A model generated the notes under the pieces. It was not told the DNA's origin. It was given only the letters and a program-made list of their open reading frames with translations, and did not search any database. Positions 11,201 through 22,156 of a stretch of 64,000 nucleotides of DNA are shown here, in pieces. Numbering within the stretch: the stretch's first letter is position 1; every line of letters starts with the position of its first letter. A program made the position numbers and the translations under genes. The DNA is from Mobula hypostoma (lineage: Eukaryota): the NCBI RefSeq assembly GCF_963921235.1, contig NC_086123.1, positions 20,522,001 to 20,586,000 of the forward strand, in the 5' to 3' direction.

Positions 11201-14200
11201 TAACTGCTATTTCCCCTATATATCCAATGGAAATCATGAATTTCTAAAAATTTCTGAAGTAGTTAAAGTTTTATACTCCCTTGTCAGTCTACAGAGTAGC
11301 ACCAGCATACACTGTGCCATCAAACTGACATAGCATGTGAACTATTAGTGATAGGGACTACAATTAGCTCTGCACATTAAAAAACGACCAGCAATTCCTC
11401 TCCTCAGCTTCAGAGTGACCCCTGGTGGAAATTTGCATTCAGTATCAGATAAGAGGGGGAGAGAGAAAAAAAAACATCAGGCTTGATAGTAAATATGGTT
11501 CACTTGCTCCACAAATGAAAAATGGTCACCTCAGCAATTACTACAGGCCTGCTAGAAGGTTATAGCATGTTATAATTGTAATCTTTATATTTTCTGTATT
11601 ATATGTTTTACTTTAATACAGGGGCACGGTAGCACAGAGGTTAGGAGAACTGTACTTCAAGCCAAACATTAAATAAGAGTTCAATATATTGGGCAATTTA
11701 TGGTCATCAAAAATTCATCTTGATACCCATAAGAATTTGTTTCACTGTTCAACACTCAAGTTTGTCACGTGTGCATGGAAATCTGAAGTGAGTTCACCAT
11801 TAAGCACGATCATACCCTTAGTAATAATCAACACATACCAAAACATGGGTCCCTGTACTTCCCTCTGCAATTGGATCCTTTACCTCCTCATCAGGAGACC
11901 ATAGTCAGTGCAGATCAGAAATAACATCTCGCTGACAATCAACACAGTCATCCCTCAAGGATATGCGCTTTGCCCACTGCTCTACTCTCTCTACACCAAG
12001 GGTTCTCAACCTTTTTTATGCCATGGACCAATACCACTAAGGGCACAGCTCAAAAAACATTTACAGTGCCTATAAAAAGTATTCATCCCCCCCCCCGGGA
12101 AGTTTTCATGTTTTATTGTTTTACAACATTGAACCACAGTGGATTTAATTTGCAAACAACAGGAATTCTGCAGATGCTGGAAATTCAAGCAACATACATC
12201 AAAGTTGCTGGTGAACACAGCAGGCCAAGCAGCATCTGTAGGAAGAGGTGCAGTCGACGTTTCAGGCCGAGACCCTTCGTCAGGACTAACTGAAGGAAGA
12301 GTGGGTAAGGGATTTGAAAGTTGGAGGGGGAGGGGGAGATCCAAAATGATAGGAGAAGACAGGAGGGGGAGGGATGGAGCCAAGAGCTGGACAGGTGATA
12401 GGCAAAAGGGGATATGAGAGGATCGTGGGACAGGAGGCCCGGGAAGAAGGACAAGGGGGGGGGGGGTGACCCAGAGGATGGGCAAGAGGTATATTCAGAG
12501 GGACAGAGGGAGAAAAAGAAGAGTGAGAGAAAGAATGTGTGCATAAAAATGAGTAACAGATGGGGTACGAGGGGGAGGTGGGGCCTTAGCCGAAGTTAGA
12601 GAAGTCGATGTTCATGCCATCAGGTTGGAGGCTACCCAGACGGAATATAAGGTGTTGTTCCTCCAACCTGAGTGTGGCTTCATCTTTACAGTAGAGGAGG
12701 CCGTGGATAGACATGTCAAAATGGGAATGGGATGTGGAATTAAAATGTGTGGCCACTGGGAGATCCTGCTTTCTCTGGCGGACAGAGCGTAGATGTTCAG
12801 CAAAGCGGTCTCCCAGTCTGCGTCGGGTCTCACCAATATATAAAAGGCCACATCGGGATTTAATTTGCCTTTTTTGACACTGATCAACAGAAAAACTCAT
12901 GTCAAAGTGAAAACAGATTTCTACAAAGTGATACAGCTATTGTTGGCAGAATTTTAAATGGTGATGAGGAGGTTATTAGGAGTGAGATTGTTCAGCTGGT
13001 TGAATGGTGTCGCAACAATAACCTCACACTCAACGTCAGTAAGACCAGGGAATTGATTGTGGGGATTTTAGTAAGGGGAAGTTGAGGGAACACATACCAG
13101 CCTTCATCAAGGGATCAGAAGTGGAAAGGGTGAGCAGGTTCAAATTCCTGGATGTCAACATCTCTGAAGATCTATTCTGGACCCAACATAATGATGCATT
13201 TACAAAGAAAAAAGGCACAACTGTGGCTATATTTCATTAGGTGTTTCAGGAGACTGTAGAGAAGTGTATCACCAAAGAGTCTCACAAATTTCTACAGATG
13301 TACTGTGGAGAGCATTCTAACTGGTTACATCACCATCTGGTATGGAAGGGCCACTGCACAGGTTAAGAAAAAGCTGCAGAAAGTTGCAAACTCAGCCAGC
13401 TCCATCATGGACACTGGACACCCCAGCATCCAGGACATCTTCAAAAGGCAATGCCTCAAAAAGGCAGTATCTGCCATTAAGGACCCCACCACCTAGGACG
13501 TGCCACCTTCTCACTGCTACCATCAAGGAGGTGGTACAGGAGCCTAAAGACACACACTCAGTGTTTTAGGAACAACTTCTTCCCCTCTGTGATCAGATTT
13601 CTGAATTGATAATGAACCCATACCTCACGATTGTTTTTGCTCCCATTCTGCACTACTTATTTAATCATACATATTATATGTACAATATGTACTGGAACAA
13701 AGGGGTCTGGAATACAGGTCCATAATTCATTGAAAGTGGCATCACAGATAGACAGGGTCGTAAAGAAAGTTTTTGGTACATTGGCCTTCATAAATCAATG
13801 TATTGAGTACAGGAGATGGGATTTTATGTTGAAGTTGTATAAGATGTTTGTGAGGCCTAATTTGGAGTATTACGTGCAGTTTTGGTCACCTACCTACAGG
13901 AAAGATGTAAACAAAGTTGAAGGAGTACAGAGAAAATTTACAAGGATGTTGCTGGGTTTGGAGGACCTGAGTTGTAAGGAAAGAGTGTATTCTTTAGAAC
14001 TTAGAAAGATTGAGAGGAGATTTTAAAGAGTTATACAAAATTATGAGTGGTATAGATGGAGTAAATGCAAGCAGACTTTTTCCACTGAGGTTGGGTGGGT
14101 CTAAATCAGAGGTCATGAGTTAAAGGTAAAAGGTGAGAAGTTTAGAGGAACATGAGGGGAAACTTCTTCATTGAGAGTCATGAAAGTGTGGAATGAGGTG

Positions 14201-15789
14201 CCAGCACAAGTGGTGCATGCGAGCTTGATTTGAAAGTTTAAGAGAAGTTTGGATAGATACAGGTATAGTAAAGATATGGAGGCCAATGGTCCTGGTACAG
14301 GTCGATGGAAGTAGGTAGCTTAAGTAGTTTTGGTTTGGACTAGATGGGTCCAACGGGCCTGCTTTTGTGCTGTACTTCTCTAGGACTCCATGACCCACAC
14401 ACATACACTGTCCTTCCACTCCAGGGCAGGCCTCCAGCTTCCAGTGGACTCAGACCTGCAAACACAGGGCTTCGACATCACCAGTGGCCTCGCAAACTCA
14501 GTTCCAACCAACAAGCCTTGACTTCTAGACTTCTGATTCAAGCCTTGGGCCTTGATTCTCAGCATCGATCCAGGACACGCAATCAGTGAACAATAGGTCT
14601 CGAACTCCAATTCGCAAATCCAAAGGGTCACTGGAACTTGTTCTTTCTGTCCGCACAGAACTCCGACTCCAGAACTCACCGTCCACATAGCTGACATTCA
14701 AACACGGAGTGGAGGCTTAGACTCTGGTCTGACCTGTCATTGCCCTAAACCCTAACTTCCCTCTCTGTTATCAAAGTCATTCTTACAAATCTCAAAATCA
14801 ATTAAAGATTAAACAGTTAAACAAGTAAAAACACAACTATGACTCAACTGAGATCAAGGAGGATACTTTAAGCCCATCAAGTCTATGGGATCACAGCCGA
14901 GTCCCATTCCCACACTTATTCCTCTACAACCTATGTTCCCCTCAATGCTCACCTACTTATACCAAGGATAGATTACAGTAACCAAGTACAAAACAATCAT
15001 GTTTCTGGGATGTGTGAGGAAACAGACGTGCCTGGGAAATGCACCCTGTCACAGCAAAAACATGGCAACTCCATATCAACAACAGTGAAAAATCAGGATA
15101 AAAACAAGGATGATGAAATGAACACAGGAACAATAGCTGCTATGATATTGTCCCTTAATAAATAAATTTCAAAATGTTGGGGAATGAATAAAGGACCTGT
15201 TCATGGTCCGAGGCAATTTAGCTATTACGATGATTCTTTCCTTACACTTATGAATACACAGTGGATTCCTATTAATTGGGCTGTTAGTTAAGCAGGGCAA
15301 CCACTTTAGGACAACGCTTAAAGAACAAAAACTAACAGAGAAAATAGCCCCAGTTCCCTTTGTTTATTTTGGGCACTATGCTGCTTTTAATTGGGGCAGG
15401 AGACTATTGCCGAACAATTTCTAACTAGCGTCAGACACATGCACTTGTGTGGCCGTCAGACACTAAACTGTGCTTAGAGTGAAGAGTTTTTAAAATGGCA
15501 TCAGCTGTATGTGCTTGTGTTTAAAAGTGATTTTTGTCACTGATAGTTGCTGAGAAATAAGCAGCAAGACAACTCAGAACTGCTTTCCTCATTTCGGTTT
15601 CAAGCATTCAGGCTTGGATATGCCAGAAATGGCTGGAAGTGAAAATGAAACAATTTGACTTCTTCAACAAGTTAGGAACTATGAATAATTTGAAGGTATC
15701 AACAATTATTTTGAATGTTATGATGAAAATTTGGAGGATGCAATTGTCAATAGCATTGTATGAAGGCAATCCATTATCTACACAGGGGT

Positions 15790-15840
<51 letters not shown>

Positions 15841-18800
15841 GAATTTGTTCATTTACAGTCAAAAGAACATTGTATCCTCCATCAATAATTATTAGGCACT
15901 GATGTACATATTGTACTATACAATACTACTGTAGCAGTATTGACAGCGTTCTAATTTGTTCTGTTTCATTTACGTACATCATTTAATTAAACAGTAGTTT
16001 GTGTTTTTTTAATACCTTTTTAACTATTTCAATGAAGCCAAGGCTAATTGGGGCAGCTGCTTAATTGGGCCAAAATTTACTGGTTCTGATGTGTCCCAAT
16101 TAACCAGAATCCACTGTATTTTCATAGAAAAAAATTCTTGCAAATTTTAAAGTTGATATCAGTTTCCAATCATAATTAGCACAAATGTGACCATTATGCA
16201 TATTTCCTGGCTAGAATGTATGATACCAGCTTGTAGTTCTCTATGCTGGTCTTTTAACTTAAGCAAATGTTACATCTTTATTGCACAGCTGATTAGTAAT
16301 AAAAATTTGCCTTTATTTTATATTTTAAGTAACTTCATTTAATATTCTCCATTCAAAAAGGCTTGCATTTATGTTGACTTTCATACCCCCAGAGTTGTTA
16401 AAGATTGTTTTCTCAGTTTGTTTCACCAAAGATCACGGTATCAAGTATCAAGCAAGATGTTACATAAAGTACACCTACAAAAAAAAAGTTACCACAGTGA
16501 ACTCCGTTCATAAAGTTTGAAACAGTACTTGCAGTTCCATATGCAATAACCAATCTCAAACTAAATAATCGTTAATGGAAAGGAATTAGTTGTTCAAAAA
16601 TATAGAGGATATTTTGTTACCATTACAGAAAACATCATTAACACACACCATTTTAAGATACAATTGTTATTATTGAACTGTTAGCCATTTCAAATAGTAA
16701 TCAGCAATTTTCATGGATCAATGTCTTTCTGTTCATGCCCCTAACACTGAACCTACCTTGATTTTTCTTGTCATACTTATCAAAAGTATCTTTTTCTCAA
16801 ACATAAAAAGTCATCATAAATCTTTAAAAATTATTGTTCTTTACACACTACCTGTGTTTGTGGTGTTGAGGGGGCGCTCCCACCAGCTGGTCTTACTTTG
16901 GTAGTTTTAGTTAGTGCCTTCTTCTGCTGCAAAGCAATTTTGTATTTAGATTCAGCATTACGATATTCCTTATCATGAAATAGAGAATCTGCATGGTAGA
17001 CAAGTAGCTGGTATTTCTGTACTGGAGAGAAGAATTCTCTAAAAAAACAAAGAAAAAAAACAAAGGAATTAGTGAATATCCAAAACTTCCTCCAAACTTC
17101 ATTGACACTTTTGACATCCCATGGAGAAGATGGATGCTAACCAAGATCACAAGCACTTACAACCACAGATATTCCCAGATATGCAAATTATTTTCTCAGT
17201 CCCAATTCATTTCAAACAAAAAATAGAATTTGGCACAATTTTGTAAACATTAGCTTCATCAGCCTAGCACACCCAAATTCAGAGAGTGCAATGGACAAAT
17301 AAGTGGGGAAAAAAGCACAAAATAGTCTATTCTAACTATTGACCATAATATTAATTTCAGCAATACAAGTAAAGATTGATCAATTCACTAGACTTGAACA
17401 ATGTAGTCCTGTTTTAATGGGCTGTTCATTCATGGTCCCATAATGAACCCCAGGCATCCTATGACACAAGGTTCATATAAAATTAAATACTTGCTTCCTT
17501 TCATTTAGAACTGACAATTCAGAACTGGAGCTTTGAGTGATTTATCAGAACAGGTTTTGCATGAAGATAAAAATATGCTTTGATTTAAAAGAGATAATTG
17601 TCATGTTTTCAGTCTCATTAATCTAGGATGCGTACATACAATAGCCAAAGACTGCTTCAATAGAAAGGAGTGTAGAAATTATCATAGTAAAGATTAACAA
17701 ACAAAGCTCTTAGTGTTCTTCGACCAATTTTCAAAACCCCCAAAATGGCAGTGAAATCAAAGGACAAAACCAGCATATGTGGAGGTCCAGACTGGTTCTT
17801 CAAATTGGAAGGAGATTCTGATTTCAGTTCCATCACACAGGTGTGAAATCTGATCCTGGGCCCTTAATTTGAATAAATTGTAGGAAAGATACAGTAAACC
17901 ATTAACTCAGTGTTAGATAATGTAATTGTAAGACCACTTGGGGAATTTGGCTATCAGGAATTTCTCACCATGGAATCAGAATATAGAGGGCCTACTTCAC
18001 CAAATAGTCTATTCTAACTATTGACCATAATATTAATTTCAGCAATACAAGTAAAGATTGATCAATTCACTAGACTTGAACAATGTAGTCCTGTTTTAAT
18101 GGGCTGTTCATTCATGGTCCCATAATGAACCCCAGGCATCCTATGACACAAGGTTCATATAAAATTAAATACTTGCTTCCTTTCATTTAGAACTGACAAT
18201 TCAGAACTGGAGCTTTGAGTGATTTATCAGAACAGGTTTTGCATGAAGATAAAAATATGCTTTGATTTAAAAGAGATAATTGTCATGTTTTCAGTCTCAT
18301 TAATCTAGGATGCGTACATACAATAGCCAAAGACTGCTTCAATAGAAAGGAGTGTAGAAATTATCATAGTAAAGATTAACAAACAAAGCTCTTAGTGTTC
18401 TTCGACCAATTTTCAAAACCCCCAAAATGGCAGTGAAATCAAAGGACAAAACCAGCATATGTGGAGGTCCAGACTGGTTCTTCAAATTGGAAGGAGATTC
18501 TGATTTCAGTTCCATCACACAGGTGTGAAATCTGATCCTGGGCCCTTAATTTGAATAAATTGTAGGAAAGATACAGTAAACCATTAACTCAGTGTTAGAT
18601 AATGTAATTGTAAGACCACTTGGGGAATTTGGCTATCAGGAATTTCTCACCATGGAATCAGAATATAGAGGGCCTACTTCACCAAATAGTCTATTCTAAC
18701 TATTGACCATAATATTAATTTCAGCAATACAAGTAAAGATTGATCAATTCACTAGACTTGAACAATGTAGTCCTGTTTTAATGGGCTGTTCATTCATGGT

Positions 18801-21680
18801 CCCATAATGAACCCCAGGCATCCTATGACACAAGGTTCATATAAAATTAAATACTTGCTTCCTTTCATTTAGAACTGACAATTCAGAACTGGAGCTTTGA
18901 GTGATTTATCAGAACAGGTTTTGCATGAAGATAAAAATATGCTTTGATTTAAAAGAGATAATTGTCATGTTTTCAGTCTCATTAATCTAGGATGCGTACA
19001 TACAATAGCCAAAGACTGCTTCAATAGAAAGGAGTGTAGAAATTATCATAGTAAAGATTAACAAACAAAGCTCTTAGTGTTCTTCGACCAATTTTCAAAA
19101 CCCCCAAAATGGCAGTGAAATCAAAGGACAAAACCAGCATATGTGGAGGTCCAGACTGGTTCTTCAAATTGGAAGGAGATTCTGATTTCAGTTCCATCAC
19201 ACAGGTGTGAAATCTGATCCTGGGCCCTTAATTTGAATAAATTGTAGGAAAGATACAGTAAACCATTAACTCAGTGTTAGATAATGTAATTGTAAGACCA
19301 CTTGGGGAATTTGGCTATCAGGAATTTCTCACCATGGAATCAGAATATAGAGGGCCTACTTCACCAACCTGATTGTGTCCTTTCAGCAGAAAACCAGATT
19401 GATGGTAGTCTTGTATACCTTGGTTTCCAATAAGTGTTCCGATAAAGCTATTGGAAAGAATTAAACCATATGGGAGTGACAGGACATTTAGTGCTAAATA
19501 GGTAATTATTTGAAATACTTTGAGAGGGTGGCTATTAAGAAACAGAAACAAATGACTTGTATTCATGAATAGGGGAGCAGAAAATTCTAGCTGAGACCAC
19601 TGCTGTTTAAATTTTTCATTAGTGGCTTAAGTAGTCCTAAATGAAACTATTCTAGATTTAGTTATGATATTAAAATGTTAGTAATTTAGGCTAAATCAAT
19701 ACATCACAGAATATTTTGGACAAGTATTGGACCCATTGGTTTAAATAAAAGCAGTGACTTTAGGAATGGAGAGCTCAAAATGTTTTAAATATGCAAATGC
19801 ATTTATTAAAGGCAACATATTAAGCAACATAAACTGGAGGTAATAGCATTTCAGAGATTTCATATTTGATTTAGCTACATGGAAAACAATGACATTGTTA
19901 GTTATGGTTTAAAGAATAATTGATTTGCAGCAGATACTTTTATTTCTCCTTAGGAGGTCCTCTGGAGCTCAGGATGACTTGCTTTCACTTTAGTTTTATT
20001 GCTTTGAGGGATCTTGGAAGCCGGCAGGGAACAGTAGACAGTTCTTTTTAATGGGGTTGATGGGATAAAGAGGTGGATAGTTGATGAAATGGTCCACTCC
20101 TTATTAGTGCTCCCTGATGCACAGACTCAAACTTCTCAATGGCATCCTTAATGTTACTTCTCCACTGAGTGGTCATGGGTCAGAGAGATTCCCACCAGTC
20201 AGTGGGCATACTGCACTCCTTCAAGGTAAACAAGACTTTGATAAATCAATCACTGAAATAACATCGAGGATCCGGTTCCTGCAAACAGTGAAAGATGTAG
20301 AAAAACTAGAAAGGATGCAGGGATCTCCAACTCAAGGACAACCAGCCTAGAATCATAAGCACAGAATGGTTTGTAAACAGTGGCTTATTTTCTTGTATAT
20401 AAAAGACTGTAACACACCGAGCTGAATGAATTACTTAAGTTAAGTAGTCAAGGTAGACAGAGGAATAAAACCCACAGGTAAACAATGACAGATGGCTTTC
20501 TATATTTGTCATATTTGAAGAGCAATTCCTCTGATAAAGCAGCACTCATTAAGAAAGAGTCTTAGGCAAAGGAAACATTCCAGAGGCTTTGGAGGGTTGG
20601 GGGGGGGGGTGCAAATGTAAAAAAAAAGTGACAAAGCCTAATCAGACAAAAATAAAGGCTTTTGTGGTGGAGCGTGGAGATAGAAAGAAGTGGCTAGGAC
20701 TATATATTTAGAAAAGAAATTTAAGGGGTCAAGACTACTTAAAGGAATCTTAAGGCCAGGAGAGACGTGTAGACAACATATTCAATATGCTGGTGCAATC
20801 AAACAATGCATATAACTCAGATTACACGTTTATATCTTCCTTTGTAAATTCCACATCTAATTCCAACAGCCAATGTCTACACATTAGGGAAACTTGAATT
20901 CACCCTAATTGAGAGGCAACAATACTACAAGGCCTAGAACACTTAAATACAGAGACTTACACCTGCTACGTCTCCAACTTCTAAGTCAGTGATGATAGCA
21001 GTTCTTGTGAGACAGATCTCCGTACGATAAACCTTGTTAAAACTACAACTCATTACAAAGGTGCCAACACATAAAGCGCTGTGGGAACTCGGGCAGTAGC
21101 TACAGACAATAGACAACAGGTGCAGGAGGCCATTCGGCCCTTCGAGCCAGCACCGCCATTCGCTGTGATCATGGCTGATCATCCACAATCCCTGTTCCTG
21201 CCTTCTCCCCATATCCCTTGACTATAGAGGGAAAAACGATCAGTCGTCAACGTTTCGGATCGAAGACGCCCAGAAGAAAGTCGCGGACTATCCGGTTGCC
21301 TCCACAAATACTGCCTGACCTACTGAGTTCCTCCAGCGTCTTTGAATATTACTCCAAAACCCAGCATTAGCAGTTTCTCGTGTCTCCATAACAAAGGCAT
21401 ATTTAACCTGGAATGTCAACTTTTGTTAAGGTTAGGAATATTGAAGAAAGGAAGGATGTTACACTTTGGTTTCGGGGGGGGGGGGAAGTTGCACGTTAAT
21501 TCTAGGGAAGGCAAGAACCCGAAGGAAAGTTCTGAGGAAGGCAGGTAAGGGGCGAGGAAGCTTTCCAGTTACCACTTACGGATTGTTGTCGCTCATGGTC
21601 AACAACAAACTGCTAAGTAATCTCACGTTGGAGTAGAGGCCAGCAGCCACCATGTCCCGTACGTGGTCGATAACATTCAT
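2178..21680 (-). CDS. ANAPC7: Anaphase-promoting complex subunit 7, 5' part (coding exons 1-7; remaining exons lie left of the window)
   Basis: Exons 21580-21680, 16852-17038, 6731-6850, 6179-6290, 3732-3885, 3268-3410 and 2178-2295 (101/187/120/112/154/143/118 nt) all have GT-AG boundaries and splice in frame. Translation MNVIDHVRDMVAAGLYSNVRLLSSLLLTMSDNNPEFFSPVQKYQLLVYHADSLFHDKEYRNA...SDQHAEPWVVSG matches the vertebrate APC7 TPR protein as I recall it. Confidence 0.97.
3268..3410 (-). CDS. ANAPC7: ANAPC7 exon 6
   Basis: SLEKKSLLRDNVDLMGSLADLYFRVGDNKNAILKFEQAQMLDPYIIK; 143 nt. Confidence 0.96.
3732..3885 (-). CDS. ANAPC7: ANAPC7 exon 5
   Basis: GLLSLSVKGAEVASLTINVIQSIPNLDWLSVWIKAYAFVHTGDNTRAINTI (inside ORF 3728..3916); 154 nt. 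Confidence 0.96.
4939..5405 (+). mobile_element. Non-autonomous Tc1-like DNA transposon fragment
   Basis: Homologous, in inverted orientation, to 7091-7515. Transposase-like remnant MARLAQADRKATVT. Confidence 0.7.
6179..6290 (-). CDS. ANAPC7: ANAPC7 exon 4
   Basis: INMMLANLYKKAGQERSAVTSYKEVLRQCPLAMDAIL; 112 nt. Confidence 0.96.
6731..6850 (-). CDS. ANAPC7: ANAPC7 exon 3
   Basis: CLPSEIEVKYKMAECYTMLRQERDAVAILDTIPTRQRTPK; 120 nt, AG/GT boundaries. Confidence 0.96.
7091..7515 (-). mobile_element. Non-autonomous Tc1-like DNA transposon fragment
   Basis: Begins CAGTGGCCACTTTTATTAGGTAC (TIR-like). Reverse complement aligns with 4950-5330. Confidence 0.7.
7752..7841 (-). mobile_element. Short Penelope-like (pLTR) insertion with 14-bp TSD
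   Basis: Sequence matches 12188-12268. TSD GTCCTTTTAATAAA at 7738-7751 and 7842-7855. Confidence 0.8.
7917..9655 (+). mobile_element. 5'-truncated L1-clade LINE (ORF2 C-terminal region, frameshifted)
   Basis: ORFs 8056..8460 (FIWNNKRPRI...GGLALPNFRMYYWA) and 8474..9355 (CDRC...HMFWSC zinc-finger region). AATAAA at 9633-9638 and A-rich tail. 15-bp TSD TAAAGCGAGACTGTC at 7902-7916 and 9656-9670. Confidence 0.92.
10253..11063 (+). mobile_element. Penelope-like element fragment: inverted partial pLTR, GIY-YIG endonuclease C-terminus, 3' pLTR with hammerhead motif
   Basis: ORF 10350..10676 (FTCESAGVIYCVQCSRCGLLYTGKTRRRLRDRFAEH...EEQHLIFRLGSLQPDGMN) is a PLE GIY-YIG domain with a Cys motif. 10253-10332 overlaps, in inverse orientation, the element's own 3' end. 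13-bp TSD TTAACCTATACGG at 10240-10252 and 11064-11076. Confidence 0.9.
10965..11000 (+). ncRNA. Hammerhead ribozyme motif with one stem I mismatch
   Basis: AGTC-CTGATGA-AGGGTCTCGGCCT-GAAA-CGTC-AACT. The A at 10997 breaks the pair next to the cleavage site. Confidence 0.65.
12154..12855 (-). mobile_element. Penelope-like element fragment (GIY-YIG C-terminus plus pLTR with hammerhead), nested in a Tc1 fragment
   Basis: ORF 12586..12900 (CGLLYIGETRRRLGDRFAEH...). Near-identical to 10410-11063 in reverse. 13-bp TSD GGATTTAATTTGC at 12141-12153 and 12856-12868. Confidence 0.9.
12252..12287 (-). ncRNA. Minimal type I hammerhead ribozyme motif (Penelope-associated)
   Basis: Reverse complement is AGTC-CTGACGA-AGGGTCTCGGCCT-GAAA-CGTC-GACT, identical to 30276-30311. 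Confidence 0.8.
13690..14385 (+). mobile_element. CR1 LINE 3' fragment
   Basis: ORF 13631..14026: QVHNSLKVASQIDRVVKK...VRPNLEYYVQFWSPTYRKDVNKVEGVQRKFTRML, the CR1 ORF2 C-terminus. CR1-like 3' UTR follows. Confidence 0.85.
15259..16116. mobile_element. Tigger/pogo-like non-autonomous DNA transposon
   Basis: TIRs CAGTGGATTC...AATTGGG and CCCAATTAACCAGAATCCACTG, with TA on the right flank. A second copy lies at 27534-28311. Confidence 0.75.
15793..15839. repeat. (TG)n microsatellite
   Basis: About 23 TG units. Confidence 0.95.
16852..17038 (-). CDS. ANAPC7: ANAPC7 exon 2
   Basis: EFFSPVQKYQLLVYHADSLFHDKEYRNAESKYKIALQQKKALTKTTKVRPAGGSAPSTPQTQ; ttttag acceptor, gtagtg donor. Confidence 0.96.
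17320..19365. repeat. Tandem triplication of a 682-bp unit in ANAPC7 intron 1
   Basis: Unit start AAATAGTCTATTCTAAC at 17320, 18002 and 18684. No differences between copies seen by eye. Confidence 0.95.
21580..21680 (-). CDS. ANAPC7: ANAPC7 coding exon 1
   Basis: ATG at 21680-21678; MNVIDHVRDMVAAGLYSNVRLLSSLLLTMSDNNP; donor gtaagt. Confidence 0.96.
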
Positions 21681-21689
21681 TTTAAACCC

Positions 21690-22100
21690 CACAGCGAGCG
21701 AGCGGCCAGCCCGAGCCCAAACCCCGTCTCGGACAGCACCTCAAAAATGGCGCTGTGGGCCTCCGCCACCGCGGGGCGGCCGCCGGCGCGCCTGTTCGCT
21801 TCACCCGCGCGCGCCCGATGAAAGAGGGAAGGCCGCGCAAGGGAGCAGTTGCGGTGGATCAGTCCATTTTTTTTTAAATAATTAAAATGCGTAGTGCGGC
21901 CGGCGTGCGGGTCACGATTGCGGGGAGAGGCGCGGCGCGGCGCGGGCAGCTGGGCGGGGGGCGCATGTGCAGCCCAGATGCCGGAGCGGGAGGCGGCGCC
22001 GGAGGAGCCTCACAGGCCGTGGCCTCAGCCTGAAGGTGGGGACAGTGAGGGCCCGCTGAATGTGGAGCGGCTGCTCCTTACCGTCTATCTCACCCACCTG
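21690..22100. promoter_or_regulatory. CpG-rich bidirectional promoter shared by ANAPC7 and the UBE2G1-like gene
   Basis: Sharp GC/CpG-rich island between divergent ATGs at 21680 (-) and 22157 (+). YY1-type AAAATGGCG at 21744-21752, NRF1-like GCGCATGTGC at 21961-21970, GC box GGGCGG near 21952. Confidence 0.85.
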
Positions 22101-22156
22101 CTTTACTTTTACTACGTGTTTGCTATACTTTATCTGTGCTGATTCTGACATCAGTA

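Larger units (their letters stand above)
12064..12932 (+). mobile_element. Tc1 terminal fragment (same family as 1-594), interrupted by the Penelope-like element
   Basis: TA|CAGTGCCTATAAAAAGTAT... is the reverse complement of 440-594 once 12154-12868 is removed. Confidence 0.82.
11790..13620 (+). mobile_element. Decayed Rex1/Babar-type LINE RT fragment hosting nested insertions
   Basis: Motifs SLCNWI, PQG-C-L-PLL, WCRNNNLTLNVSKT and ESILTGYITIWYG...LQKVANSA, spread over several frames. Boundaries approximate. Confidence 0.72.

Noticed and set aside
17320-19365. CRISPR-like array or LTR element
   Set aside because: There are no spacers, internal domain or TSD; it is a plain head-to-tail repeat in a eukaryotic intron.
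21681-21760. N-terminal extension of ANAPC7 (a longer human isoform is annotated, from memory)
   Set aside because: An in-frame TGA lies 63 nt upstream of the ATG with no ATG in between.
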